Source: Eledone cirrhosa (Eukaryota). Taken from it: a DNA stretch of 64,000 nt. The position numbers and the translations under genes are program-made. Shown one piece after another: positions 15,332-30,170 of this stretch. The notes under the pieces were generated by a model that did not search any database, was not told where the DNA came from, and was given only the letters and a program-made list of their open reading frames with translations. Each line of letters opens with the position of its first letter. Position 1 is the stretch's first letter. The DNA lies in assembly GCA_964016885.1 (NCBI GenBank), contig OZ024742.1, positions 304,668,001-304,732,000 on the forward strand, written 5' to 3'.

Positions 15332-15588
15332 TTATTAAAATAACAGATTAAAGTTTAAGCAAAGAATCGCTGCTTTCACACTTAACGGGATCTTCTGAAA
15401 CTCATAGTTTCGCATGACCCCCCATAGAAATATGTGAGATCCCGTTAAGGGTGAAAGCACCGATTCTTTGCTTAAACTTTAATCTGTTATTTTAATAAAT
15501 ATTTGCTTTTCGGTTCTTATATATTTGATATATATTTATCCTTATCGAGCTTTCTTTGGATTTTAGTCTTCAAATTTATTATTATTAC
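15328..15588 (+). mobile_element. Fold-back PLE-derived insert: 66-bp inverted arms plus 3' tail, with a variant hammerhead
   Basis: Arms 15328-15393 and 15437-15502 (2 mismatches seen); unpaired tail to 15588, then (TA)n. Hammerhead-like fold on the minus strand at 15352-15402. Confidence 0.7.
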
Positions 15589-15612
15589 TATATATATATA
15601 TAGAATCATATG

Positions 15613-15815
15613 ATATATAATAAACCACACAATATAATTATTCCATTATCTAAGATTTCAGAAACTTCTGATGAGCGAAATGAACGTTTCTGTTAGAATC
15701 GTCTAATTTCATGAAATTTTAGGTAACGGAATAATTATATTGTGTTGTTTACTATATAATTAGATAGCTCTGTACTATTAGAGCACTCTTTTTTCCTTTA
15801 CCTTTTCTACGGAAA
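15613..15815 (+). mobile_element. Second fold-back insert with hammerhead core
   Basis: Arms ~15613-15660 and ~15712-15758. CTGATGA at 15668, imperfect stem II gcgaaat/atttcat, GAAA at 15713, followed by a tail and microsatellite. Confidence 0.55.
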
Positions 15816-15829
15816 TACATAACACACAC

Positions 15830-15880
<51 letters not shown>

Positions 15881-16764
15881 CCGGAAGACCGATTCTCAAA
15901 CCTCATGTGAGGAATGTTATAAGCATGAAAATAATTCGGAAAGGGCGCATGCGCGTATATCGTAATTTCTTTTCATTCACTTTGTTTTCATTTCCTTCTT
16001 CGTATGATACACAACCTACCATACACACTAACACATATACTCATTCATATGTCATACACATTCACCGCTCTCTCATAAACACACGCACATTTATGCACTC
16101 TGAATTCGTTGTTTACAAATGTACAGTATTTAGGTATATAGAATTATTATTTCTATTGTTTAGATATTATAATACACGTAGCTTATATACTTTATTTACT
16201 GATATAAATCTCACATTTCTTTCTCCTGTTTTTCCCTTTCTTTTGTTCGCTTTTCTTGTTCGCCCTATCTCTCTTAGATTTCTACATCAATATATAGGGT
16301 GCAATACTCTATATTGATTAAGGCAGTACAATCAAAATAAGTCATCTAAAGAGTAATTAAATTTGTTTCATCTGTCCTGTAATATCACACTCGATATTCA
16401 TATACGTATAGAAATGCATAGATTAATGCATACGCATATATCGACACACAGACACACACATATATATATATGTGCACATTTATGTGTGTGTATTTATGGA
16501 TCTATCTATCTCTCTCTATATATATATACATTTTTGATATGTGTTACTATTTTATTATTGATCCTTTTCCTCATATTTTTTTTTCATAGATCAATATACA
16601 ATATTCTTTCTAATTATTATTGGATGTGCATCTCAAAGAAATATGTATCCTATTTCGATTGCAAAATTTTCAGTTTCATTTTGCAATGTGGGATGATAAA
16701 AGTTTATATAGTTAGGTACGGTAAATGTTATGTATTTGCTTGTAATGTCTAAATCACTCCTTCT

Positions 16765-17000
16765 TCATCTTCGTCTTCTTCCACTTATTCCATGGAGTTT
16801 CGTGGAGACAGATTTCTCAAACAATTCCTCGAGTGGGTCATGTCAGAAGCAGCCTCCTCCAATTGATCTGAGTTGAACTCCAAGCGAGACCAGCCGTGCT
16901 CATGGCTGGTATCCACATATCTTGATGAGAGTCTACTCTTGCGATTCCTGCCAGTTCGTTTTGCCCGTAAAATCTGTCCAATGATTAATTCCTGAGACAA
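16765..17000 (-). pseudogene. RTE-clade LINE ORF C-terminus and 3' tail, degenerate
   Basis: IIGQILRAKRTGRNRKSRLSSRYVDT...DQLEEAASDMTHSR resembles the RTE C-terminal pattern (G.R.RGRP...Y/W.D...L...A.DR..WR); it ends in a GAA-rich tail. Confidence 0.5.
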
Positions 17001-18060
17001 TCCTACATTACTTTCCAGCCATAACAATCCTATTTATACGGCTATATATGACTACACTATCCAATGTATTCTTTACCTTGTCAATGCGTTAAGAGGATTT
17101 GAGGGAAATTTCATTGCTATATCTAGTAGTCAATCAATCACAGAAAAGATCCCTAATAGGGCTGGGGTACATAGCATACAATGAAAAGTGAAGCTTCATT
17201 GAGAGAATCAATCTCTTAGTTAAAAAAGGGTCTATCGTAGTACTCGTTGTAATTTCCCCATAAACTAAAAAAGGTTGTGCTTGTTTAAAAAGACTAGCTT
17301 GCATTAAATTTAAAGAAAAATAGCCAGTTATCAAATCGGTCTTTTCATTAATGGTCACCAAACCTTGCTGAAGGAAGGGGGATTTAGAAACAAAGCCCAT
17401 AGTTCCAGATCAGCTAAAACGAAGTATTGCATCCGACTCTTCAACAATTCTGCCTATGCAACGCCCCAACACAGGTATATAATTTATTGATCCCGAACGA
17501 ATAAAATATAAAATTGACTTCCGTGGGATATGAACACAGTGCCATAAACCGTAAAAAATACCAAAACATTTAATCCGACGCTTTAACGATCCTGCCAATT
17601 CGCAACCTGTGTTTAAAATGGGAAAATATCTATGGGCTTCTTTCAATTTCTCGGCTGAATACAATTTTTTTTGCGCACAACATTATTTCTGTAAAATATA
17701 AAAGAACAACAGATAGGACATCATGTAAATATCTGAGTCTATTTCTAAAAAGAATGTATATATATATATATATCTTTGTAAGAGATACTCTGATCTGGTT
17801 GTATATTTTGATACTTAATTTAATCTATTTCAACCATCTTCACTATAACACTCGGTAAAAATGTAAATCTGATTCGGGGTTTCTATATTTTACACAAATA
17901 AGAGAGCGCAGCGGACGAATAGCCAGCCTTCTCCTGGTAGAAAACTATTTCACTTCACACACGTCACTGATGTCTTTGGGAATTGAAAGAAACTTAACAA
18001 TTTGCGATTTTCCGTTCCATTAAACATTTGAGATTTGTGTAACAAATTTTATCAAAATGA

Positions 18061-18073
18061 AATAATAATAATG

Positions 18074-18131
<58 letters not shown>

Positions 18132-18135
18132 TAAT
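18061..18135. repeat. (AAT)n microsatellite
   Basis: Directly visible. Confidence 0.95.
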
Positions 18136-18911
18136 AGAGTAGCAATTGGGGAGGGGAGGGTGATGGTAGACGTATTAGTTGTAGTAGTAGTAATTCTATG
18201 CTGGCTTAAATCATAACATACATGTTATTGCAAAAGAAATATTGCGCATGCTGAGTTTGTTGTGAGCTGTTTTGAAAGGAGACATAATTGGAGTGTTGGA
18301 GCGTGCATTGTCGAGAGTGGCGTAATTATTTAAGTGGTAGAGAAGAGAGGGCGTGGTAGTCACGACAGAAGGGAGAGGCAACGTATAGAGATACGACTGA
18401 CGGTTAAGCTAGCTGCTGGAGGCTATCTTAAAAAGGAAACTTCTCACATCAGCTAGATCACTTTAACTTTTTATCTTACCTTATAAGATACGTACGAGAA
18501 TACTAGTGATGTGGTGGGCAAAACAAGCATTCCAGATGTGGAAACCCATAGTTCATTCTTGGATGCACGTGGACATTCTCTACCAGTAGGATCTGCTCAA
18601 AGCTAAACAAAAAATCGGTCAGGTAGTGGAAAGCAAGATAAATGTAACGATTATCGGCTTGGTTTTTCTGTAGCATTCTTTGGAAGAATTGATTAGTGGG
18701 TGATTTAAATATAAAAATGAATATATGCATAATAATGTATGTATAAGATGTGTACACACACAAACACAAGCATACACCTATATATATATAATGTGCGTGT
18801 ATGCATGCATATGTAAATTATATATATATATGTGTGTGTGTGTCTGCGTATGTATGTATGCATATGTAAATTATGTATATATCTATATATATGTGTGCAT
18901 GTGTGTTTCTT

Positions 18912-18966
<55 letters not shown>

Positions 18967-19914
18967 TAATAAATATATATGAAGTCTATTCCTACCTATT
19001 TACCTTAACAAATTCCACTGCGACTTTGATGCATTGCGCCGTGAAAATTTTATTCAGTAGCTCCTAATTCAAAACAACAGATTACATTATTTTTTTAAGA
19101 TACTGACAATTTCGAAGTGTATGAACCACCACGTTATCATACATATTCTCCATAGTTACACAAAATTCTAATATATTTCAATAAATAATTTACGCAGAAA
19201 ATATTTTTTCTTCGTTGAAATTTAGACATAGAACTAAATATTAAATAACATGATATATCATTTTTTCTCATGCAATATAGATATCTTTTTTTTTAATATG
19301 ATGTAAAAATCTGTGTATACTTTACAACTATACTATGTGGTAATAGAAGCAAAGAGCCGTCAGTATCACAGAGCGATGAATTTCTTACTGAAATACCTAA
19401 AGGGAGTAAACTTTTAAAAATAAACATTAACCAACTTGGGAAATATTTTCCCATCGACTTCTCTGAGTAACATAGTTGGTTTTGTAGAAATGATAGATGC
19501 GCGGATTAATTGCCTGAACATATTAGGAACATCGGACATATACCTTGTGGTATTTTGTACGTCACTTCACTGATGTTAACTTTACCTTTTTGTTAATTTA
19601 ATGAGGCCCACCTTCCTGCTAAGGATGTCTGGGTTTTGGTGAGATAGGTAGTCTTTAAATAACATTTTTCATACTAATTGTTTGAATTAGATGAATTAAA
19701 ATTTAGAAAACCAATTGACCAATATAGAAGAGATAGTGTGAAATATAGGCATTTGTTATATGTCACAGAGAAGTTGGGTAGAAAGAGATGTATAGACAGA
19801 TGCCTGATACAGATAGGTAGTGCGAGGGGTAAGCATAGGCAGTGAGAGGAATAGGTATTGATAGGTATAAGAAACGAGGTCATGGTACAGAGAGTGGGCT
19901 ATAAGTGTTTCTTA

Positions 19915-20118
19915 TATAGGCTCAAGGCCAGCAATTTTGGGGGAGGGGAAAGTCGATTAAATCGACCCCAGTGCGTGACTGGTACTTTATTTTATCGACT
20001 TCGTAAGAATGAAAGGCAAAGTTAACGTCGGCAGGATTTGAACTCAGATCATAAAGAACCGTAACTCTTTGCTGCAAAGCATAGCATGCGACCTTCTACT
20101 GATACTACCAAACCTCCC
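19915..20118 (-). mobile_element. tRNA-derived SINE family A, near full length
   Basis: The reverse complement gives B-box gagttcaaatcc, core gcctttcattcttacgaagtcgataaaataaagtaccag and 3' stem-loop gtcgatttaatcgac. Confidence 0.85.
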
Positions 20119-20239
20119 CCCAAACTGGGATATAATGAGACGCATAGTGTATGAAGTAGCATGTCACTGGGAGAGAGAGATAGTGAAAAGTATATGATGT
20201 GACGATTAGACAGAGGGACATGTTAAGGAGAAGTAGAGG

Positions 20240-21953
<1,714 letters not shown>

Positions 21954-21996
21954 TGTGTGTATGTATGTATATTTATATCTATATATATATATATAT

Positions 21997-22027
<31 letters not shown>

Positions 22028-22035
22028 ATATATAT

Positions 22036-22124
22036 AACGAAGGAAATGTGGTAAGGAACCAGGTGGACCATAACGCACCAAAGTACTCAATACTTAGGGT
22101 AGTAGAGTGGGTAATAGGAACGAG
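22036..22124 (-). mobile_element. 3' tail of the same family as the fold-back element at 27464-27666
   Basis: aacgaaggaaatgtggtaaggaaccaggtggaccataacgcacca is the reverse complement of the end of the 27464 element; it abuts (TA)n. Confidence 0.8.
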
Positions 22125-22554
22125 AAAGAACATTTTCGCACTACATGGCTGAATACAATAAATGATATCTGAGATTTTCGAATATTAATAATAACATTCG
22201 ATTATGCAAACAAGCCTCAATTTTATAGCCATGTCAGTAGAATGAACCCTTCATTCTTGCTCTTGTGTTGGCATATGTATATACATATATATATATATAT
22301 GTGGGGGGGGTCTGTGTGCGTGTGGGGTGTGTGTGTATGCGTGTGTGTGTGTATGTGTGTGTGTGTGTGTGTGAGAGAGAAAGAGTGTGTGTGTGTGTAT
22401 GTGTGTATCCCGGGTTCAATTGAGGTAACCACAGTAAGTAAGGTAGTCAATACATAGTAGAGTATAGATATTTAATATAGAATAGGTTTCTACAGGACTA
22501 GATCTGTTTGATTCGAAGGATACACAGAAGTACATACACACACAAACAGCATGC

Positions 22555-22790
22555 ATTTGGCCAATACTTTTCCGGGTCATTACTGAAGTAATAGTATCAG
22601 TCTTGAAGTCTTTGTAGTGAAACTTTGGGACACTATAGCTCCTTGTATTTGTGAATTGTTAACATCCCATCCTGCTGTTGGGATTTCTGAAAGGAATTTG
22701 TCCAGGTGGTATTTGAATTTTTATGGGATATTTTTTCCTCTTTGGTTATTTTCGGTTTGATATTGATGATGGCGGGGAGAGTCAAGCTGA
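22555..22790 (-). pseudogene. Older CR1-type LINE 3' end, same family as 62547-62916
   Basis: The minus strand encodes FKYHLDKFLSEIP (compare [13 protein letters not shown]). The downstream gctatagtgtcccaaa..aaagacttc..tggccaaa matches the 62810-62895 sequence. Confidence 0.65.
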
Positions 22791-22830
22791 ATTAATGCAA
22801 TCGAAATGTTCTATAATGGCAAGACAAGCA

Positions 22831-22923
<93 letters not shown>

Positions 22924-23384
22924 CACAGACACCTTCACACATTCGAAATCACACTCGCACACACAAAAACACATACACACGCACACGTACTCAAAGCAGT
23001 GACACATAACAGATATAGAAACACATACACACAAATATAAACACAGACAAACCATTCATTCTATTTCCCATATTTCTCTGTAACATATTTTATTCGAAAA
23101 TCTGACATCTGAATTCTATCTGTTATACACGCACTTGCCACACACATAAATACATACACGCACACTCACAAATATATATATATAGATCAACTTGTATATA
23201 TATATATATGTGTATGTATTCGTGCATGTTTTCATATATATGCGTGCATATATATATATACACACACATATATATCAAGAAAATGGGTGCACATGATAAA
23301 AGCATTGGAAAAGGAAACGCAAAACAAACAGTCCCTCCTCTTCATTCAATCACGAGAAATTACTATAGTTGCGGTTACTTAAGA

Positions 23385-23758
23385 TTAATTGTTTCTACTT
23401 TTGGCACAAAGCCAGCAATTATTCCAGAGCATCACTGGTACTTTATTTTATCGACACCGTAAGGATGAAAGGCAAAGTTAACTCAGGCCGTAAAGGGACG
23501 TAAATCTGTGCTGGGAAGCATGGTGTCCGACCCTCTAGCGTACTGCCAAGCGGTTATTTAAGATTAATTATTTCTACTAATTATTTCCAAGGCCAGCAAT
23601 TACTCAGTGCATTACTTACTGGTAATTTATTTTATCGACCTCGTAAGGATGAAAGGCAAAGTCAACCTTGGCAGGATTTGAACTCAGATCTTAAAGGGAC
23701 GTAACTATGCTGGAAAGCATGGCGTCCGACCGTCTACCGATATTGCCAATCCACCGCC
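23385..23758 (-). mobile_element. Tandem pair of SINE family A copies (short-tail subfamily)
   Basis: Two head-to-tail copies (~23385-23550 and ~23565-23758); ttaagattaat occurs before, between and after them. Confidence 0.85.
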
Positions 23759-24033
23759 TTCTTTAAGATTAATACTATTAAATCAGATGCATATTGGAAC
23801 GTGGCAATACAGGAAGATTTAAAGAAAGTTGTTTTTCGGCAATTTACACAAACAAACACGAAACATCCCGCAAGCCAATCTGCTTCAGCTGAATGGGAAA
23901 AGATAGAAACGCCGTGCCTGGTTGCTTACCCCAAAAAAGAAAATAAATAGTAAGGACACATAGAGAAAAGAAATGTTTGGACTACAGTGCAAAGTAAGAA
24001 GGTAAAGAAGAATTACATGACTCAAAGTGAAGG

Positions 24034-24125
24034 ATGGTAGAGAACACTAAGGATGAAAGGAAGGTAGGTGTCAGGCGGTATTTTTTGATAATACCTATCC
24101 TTTCATCCTTAGTGTTCTCTACCAT
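24034..24125. repeat. Perfect 28-bp inverted repeat with 36-nt spacer
   Basis: atggtagagaacactaaggatgaaagga / tcctttcatccttagtgttctctaccat. Confidence 0.9.
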
Positions 24126-24201
24126 AAAAAGGGCATTGAATATGAATAAATAACGGGGCGCGCAAGCCAAAGACAAGAAAGTATATACATGCACACACAT
24201 C

Positions 24202-24235
<34 letters not shown>

Positions 24236-25116
24236 GATGTATGATGTTTTGTATTTTTTTTTTGTTTTTATTTTTTATGTTTGTATCATTTCCATCTGTT
24301 TACTATGACATGTATAGGCTTCCCATTTGAATATGGACACAATTCTACATGACGCAACCTCGTTAATTTGAACATGAACAGATTTTTTCAGAACTAATTT
24401 ATGGTTTGCATGTTCGTAGGTATGTGCTTAGATGATTATTTGTATGGGTTGCATATCTACATTTAAAGTTAGTGTTTAATGACTTGTGGGCATAAATCAG
24501 TATGAATACTGCAATGTAAGGTAATGATTTGTGTATATAAATCATAAATGCTGTATACTGCTACCGTGTAATTATTGTTACTCTTGATACATAAAGTATG
24601 CAGCAATTCAGAATACAAAAATCAAATGGCAAATGAAGGTTTACAATAATATTGATTTCACACAATCACATATTCTGAGACAAAGACCATTCGTTTGTAT
24701 TGACCAAGGACTAGTGGTATTCCGTCTCCTGGTTCAACACCTCTATCTGGATGATGCTGGGTGTTTTTATCGGTATAGACAATGATACAATCGTTCGGGA
24801 AGTGTCAATGAAATGGGGATAAATTATTCCCCTGATCTCATCTCTTACATAGGCCTTCAAATGATTGAAGCTGCTTCTCTATCTCTTTACATAATTATTT
24901 GTCTTTTCGCCTTTAAATGCTGATGCCATCATAGGAGCGCCGTTTTATCTTATGGCGTTTCATCGACATATTAAACACAATGGTTCTCATCTCTCCAGGT
25001 CGCAACCCAGCCGACGCATTTCAGAGTGAGAGAGAGAGAGAGGGAGAGAGAGGGAGAAGGAAAGAGAGAGAAAGAAAGAGAGGGATGAGAGAAAGAGAGG
25101 GAGATAGATAGATAGC

Positions 25117-25150
<34 letters not shown>

Positions 25151-26351
25151 GTAAATTACCTCTGGTATATTGAACCAGAACAAATTCCGTAGCATTTTAA
25201 ATCCGACGTCCTAACAACTTTCCAAATACGCTGCTTTACTCTTTTGATTTTGCAATATTAAAGAGAGTCAAAAACGTTTTTAACCTAGTTTGCCAGGTGA
25301 CAAATACAGTTATATTTCCACTCGTTATGTATGTCAAACACTAATTAGAAATAAACTGTAAAGGCCCATCAACCTTGTATAATATATTTTATAAAAAATA
25401 TAATAAACAAACTCCGTAGTGATATTTATCGGTACTGGGTCGCGAATAATTATGGGAAAATGAATATAGTAGATAAAGCAATATGATATATAGAGAGGGA
25501 TATAGATTGTAGTGATTTATCAGATAGAAACAATGCTGCAACTTTCCAGTTAGAGGAGTATAGTCGATTTGATTTACCACAGTACATATCTTCTTTTATT
25601 TTCTTGACAATGGAAGCATGACGGCAGAGTCAAGCATGATGGGGATTGAATTCAAACGTAAATGGACGTGACTAAATACCGTAAGATATTTAATCTGTCG
25701 CTGTACCGTATGAGAGATCAAGTTAAAAGAATGAGGTTGTTGTATTTGTAGTCGAAATATATTTGACATTTATTACAATAATTAAAATGAAAAGAACATA
25801 TAATATATTTGAGAATCAATGGCCACATACTTTTATGGACTTCCATCCTGAAAAAGATGGAATTCGGCTTTGCCATTTCAAGATCTTTTGCTTTAATGTT
25901 CTGCAATCCATTCATATATAAACTAAGTGATGGTCACTAGAATGACAAAATGTTCGACTTTGAAATATTTCAAGTAAGACGTTTGAAAAAGGCGACTGGG
26001 TTTCTGAAAGCTTACGTCTCTACACCCAGCTACTATTGAAACTGTTCATGTGTGAAGTATACATATGTGTGTGTACGTGAACTTGTATGTACACACACAT
26101 ATACACAAACAAATACTTGTGTGTACACATATATATATATATATATATGTATGTATGTGTTTGTATATATATATATATATGTGTTTGTACATATATATAT
26201 ATATGTGTTTGTACATATATATATATATATATATATATAATACATATATATATAATACATATATATATATATAATATATATATAATACATATATATATAT
26301 ATAATATATATATATATAATACATATATATATATATAATATATATATATAC

Positions 26352-26488
<137 letters not shown>

Positions 26489-27269
26489 GGCGTGATTTTA
26501 TGAATTTACCAAAGTCATAATTTGTATAGATGTATGTCAATATATGATGTTTGGTGTGGACTGTCTTTCACCGTTTACTCTTGTTTTCTATATTTGTCAC
26601 ATTGTACATGATACTGTGTAGGAGTTTATGAATGGTACTGATGTTGGTTTATACTTGCGTTTGTTATGTGTGATTACATATATATTTCTATATGTACCTG
26701 TGTTAATGTTTGTTTGTATGTGTGTGTATGGAAATGTGTATGATTCTTCGTGTGTGCATGTCTGTCTTCTCTCGTTTGGTGATTCATGTTTAATAATAGT
26801 TCAACACATCCACCATTTCACACTCCCCACACTCTGTCTCATGACCACCACCACCTTCCTCCTGGTCCACCCCGCTACAGGTGCTTAATAACCAGTGTTA
26901 TTGTTTGATGTGATCAAAAATCCCAATATTGGAAAAATTATTAATCTTTTAAAAGCTGTAAAAATATTGATTTTAATCACGATTATATCTTAGTTCCGTA
27001 TTCTTGTTATTGTGTCTGTTTTTGATTATTTTTTTTGTTATATTTGGAATTTTTTACGCCTTATTTTAACAATTTCCCCGTTTATTTGTTTATCTTTCAA
27101 TTTTATTATGTCTTTGATATTTCTTCCTCTCACCCCTTCTCTATCTCACCCCTCTCTCTATGTATCTTTCTCTTCTCACCCCCTTTCCTATCTTTCTCTC
27201 TCTCTATAAAAATCTCTGCAATTTCTACCTTTTTTTATATATATGTCTGTTTTCTTAGTCCGTTGTCTA

Positions 27270-27315
<46 letters not shown>

Positions 27316-27363
27316 TCTCTCTCTCTCTCTCACTCTCTCTCTCTCTCTCTCTCTCACTCTCTC

Positions 27364-27703
<340 letters not shown>

Positions 27704-28264
27704 AATATATATATATATATATATATGCGTGTGTGTGTGTGAGTGTGTGTGTATTTATGTATGTATATTTGCCTGCATTGATTACGTGTATTTTTTTATG
27801 GAATTGTGTGTATATTTACATACACCACCCCTGCCTCCATCTCTCCTCATTGAAAATACTGTCAAATATGACACGTCATATTATCAACCAGTGGACTTGT
27901 CAGTGACTACATTCAACATAGTTGAAAGGTTTTCATGCGTTGGCCGCCTCATATAACATAACTCTCCTTTATCTGTTTGATAGTTGATTATCCACATAAA
28001 CTAATAATTCTCATATACTTCTTTTATATAACCTATGTCGGCTCTACGTACGAACATCTACGTGCGTGTTTCTTTATTGTTTTTAGTGTGTGTGTATAGT
28101 TTAATCTGCTTGATGAGATTATTTCACATAGGTTTTAGCCGATTCTATAATAGCATATCCAAAGTGCAATGACAATATGCTAATAATTCATAATGAAAAG
28201 AATACATATACTCACATATGGAAAACTACTCTGATGCACAAAGATGAACGCGCACATACGCATA

Positions 28265-28368
28265 CACGTAAAAACACTCATAACTATACACACGCACACA
28301 CGTAAAAACACTCATAACTATACACACGCACACACGTAAAAACACTCATAACTATACACACGCACACA
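28265..28368. repeat. 34-bp minisatellite, 3 copies
   Basis: cacgtaaaaacactcataactatacacacgcaca at 28265, 28299 and 28333. Confidence 0.9.
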
Positions 28369-28441
28369 CATAGACACACACACACACGCGCATACACACG
28401 CACACAAACACACGCATAGACACACACACAGACACACGCAC

Positions 28442-28474
<33 letters not shown>

Positions 28475-28819
28475 GAAGCAGTTATAGTAGTGTATTTACG
28501 TTCATTACCCAATATTGACGTGTCGTATTCCATTCAAATGTGTAATAATTTTGCGAAATACATTCACCAGTACCTTAGTTTGAACTAAGCTATATAAGTA
28601 TAATCTAACAGGTAGTACCTGCGTGGAATTCCGACTATTAATCTGTATCTGCAATTCAAATGGGCACCCTTGTCACGTTGTGCAACGTTGAGTCTACCTG
28701 AGGGCTATTTTAAAGTTAAATGTAACAGGCATCAGCTTACAAAATGATTCTATGATTAAATAGTCCTATGACTGATGACGCGTGCACAGACATACACACA
28801 CACACACACACACACACAT

Positions 28820-28914
<95 letters not shown>

Positions 28915-29699
28915 ACAGAGAGAGAAAATAGAGAGAAAGACTAAGGGGGTTCCTTGGGAAAGAAGATCAAACTATCAGTATTTGCTTTAAATATATGCAA
29001 GTATTAACTAAAACGGACTTGTTAAATAAATACACATGAATTGGATTATATATGAAATAGAATAAAACTGTGAATATGATGCATATTGACTTACATTAAA
29101 TGATGAGTGTTTACAATGTAAATATGGAAAAGTATATTTTACTATATATTGAATATAATATTTTGTAGAATCGGCAGACCGGTATACAACATATTGTACC
29201 TTTATATTTAAATGACACTAGACTCGCATGTTTACTTCAATATCTTGCGCTCAATAATTGTAAATTTGATGCTTTTGTGTGATTAAGAATTTCTATTTAA
29301 AACAATTCGATTCCAGATGTGATCCCACTACACTCTACCGGTTTCTTTAATAAATGGAAGAATTTATTGGATAATAATGTCTTAGATACGCTATGCATGG
29401 AAACATGACGAGATAGTCACAGATGGAAGGCTTTAGATCATATATCTGCTCAATCAATGGTGACTTGGATCTACACAATAATAATATCTGAAGCCGATAC
29501 AATCGAATATGCTCCTCCTTTCAAATGTCTGGCATTGAGTCAAATTAAGAAATCAATATATCACAGACGAAAACAAAATGTTGACTTATGTATTGTTGAA
29601 ATATATGGAATAATAGTATTTTTCAACTATGTTCCATGTGATTGTTATGAAGGAGAGAAATTGTAATTTGTAGCGATTTTTTCTTCTCTCATCCCCAGT

Positions 29700-30170
29700 C
29701 AATGATTTTAGAAAGTAAAGCTAGGACGAAATTTATTCACAGAAACCTTAACAGTTTGTTCCAGAACGACGTCATCAGAAAAAGAATTGATGTGTGCGGG
29801 TTCCATTCACAACTGGAGCTTGCCGGCATGGGCCATGGTGTCGATAAGCCCCCAGATATGATAACCCTTTCCCCATTCATTGGAAGCGGAGGCATAAATC
29901 GTCAATATGGGATGTATCATGCAGCAAAACGTTCTCCACTCAAATCTAGAGACGTCGGCTACAAACACAGACGTTGCTGTCGAGACCTCCGGTGCCCTAA
30001 TTCTAGCACCGATGGTTCTTCCTTAAAATCGAGAGGAGTGCATACTATCTGATGGATTTGCTTAGGGTGAAATAGCTGATGTAGCGTGTATCGATTGCTC
30101 TTCTCTACGGCAATGTCTTCGCTATTTTTTCTGCAGGGTACAGCTGAGATATACCACATGTATCAGCGGG
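29700..30170 (-). pseudogene. Tc1/mariner-like transposase relic (frameshifted)
   Basis: Minus-strand pieces in the expected order: VLELGHRRSRQQ, SGERFAA, GERVIISGGLS (compare GGSVMVWGGIS), PVVNGTRT, DDVVLEQTVK...RPSFTF. Multiple stops and frameshifts. Confidence 0.6.

Noticed and set aside
28265-28368. Regularly spaced repeats as a possible CRISPR array
   Set aside because: Head-to-tail units without unique spacers, eukaryotic context and no cas genes.
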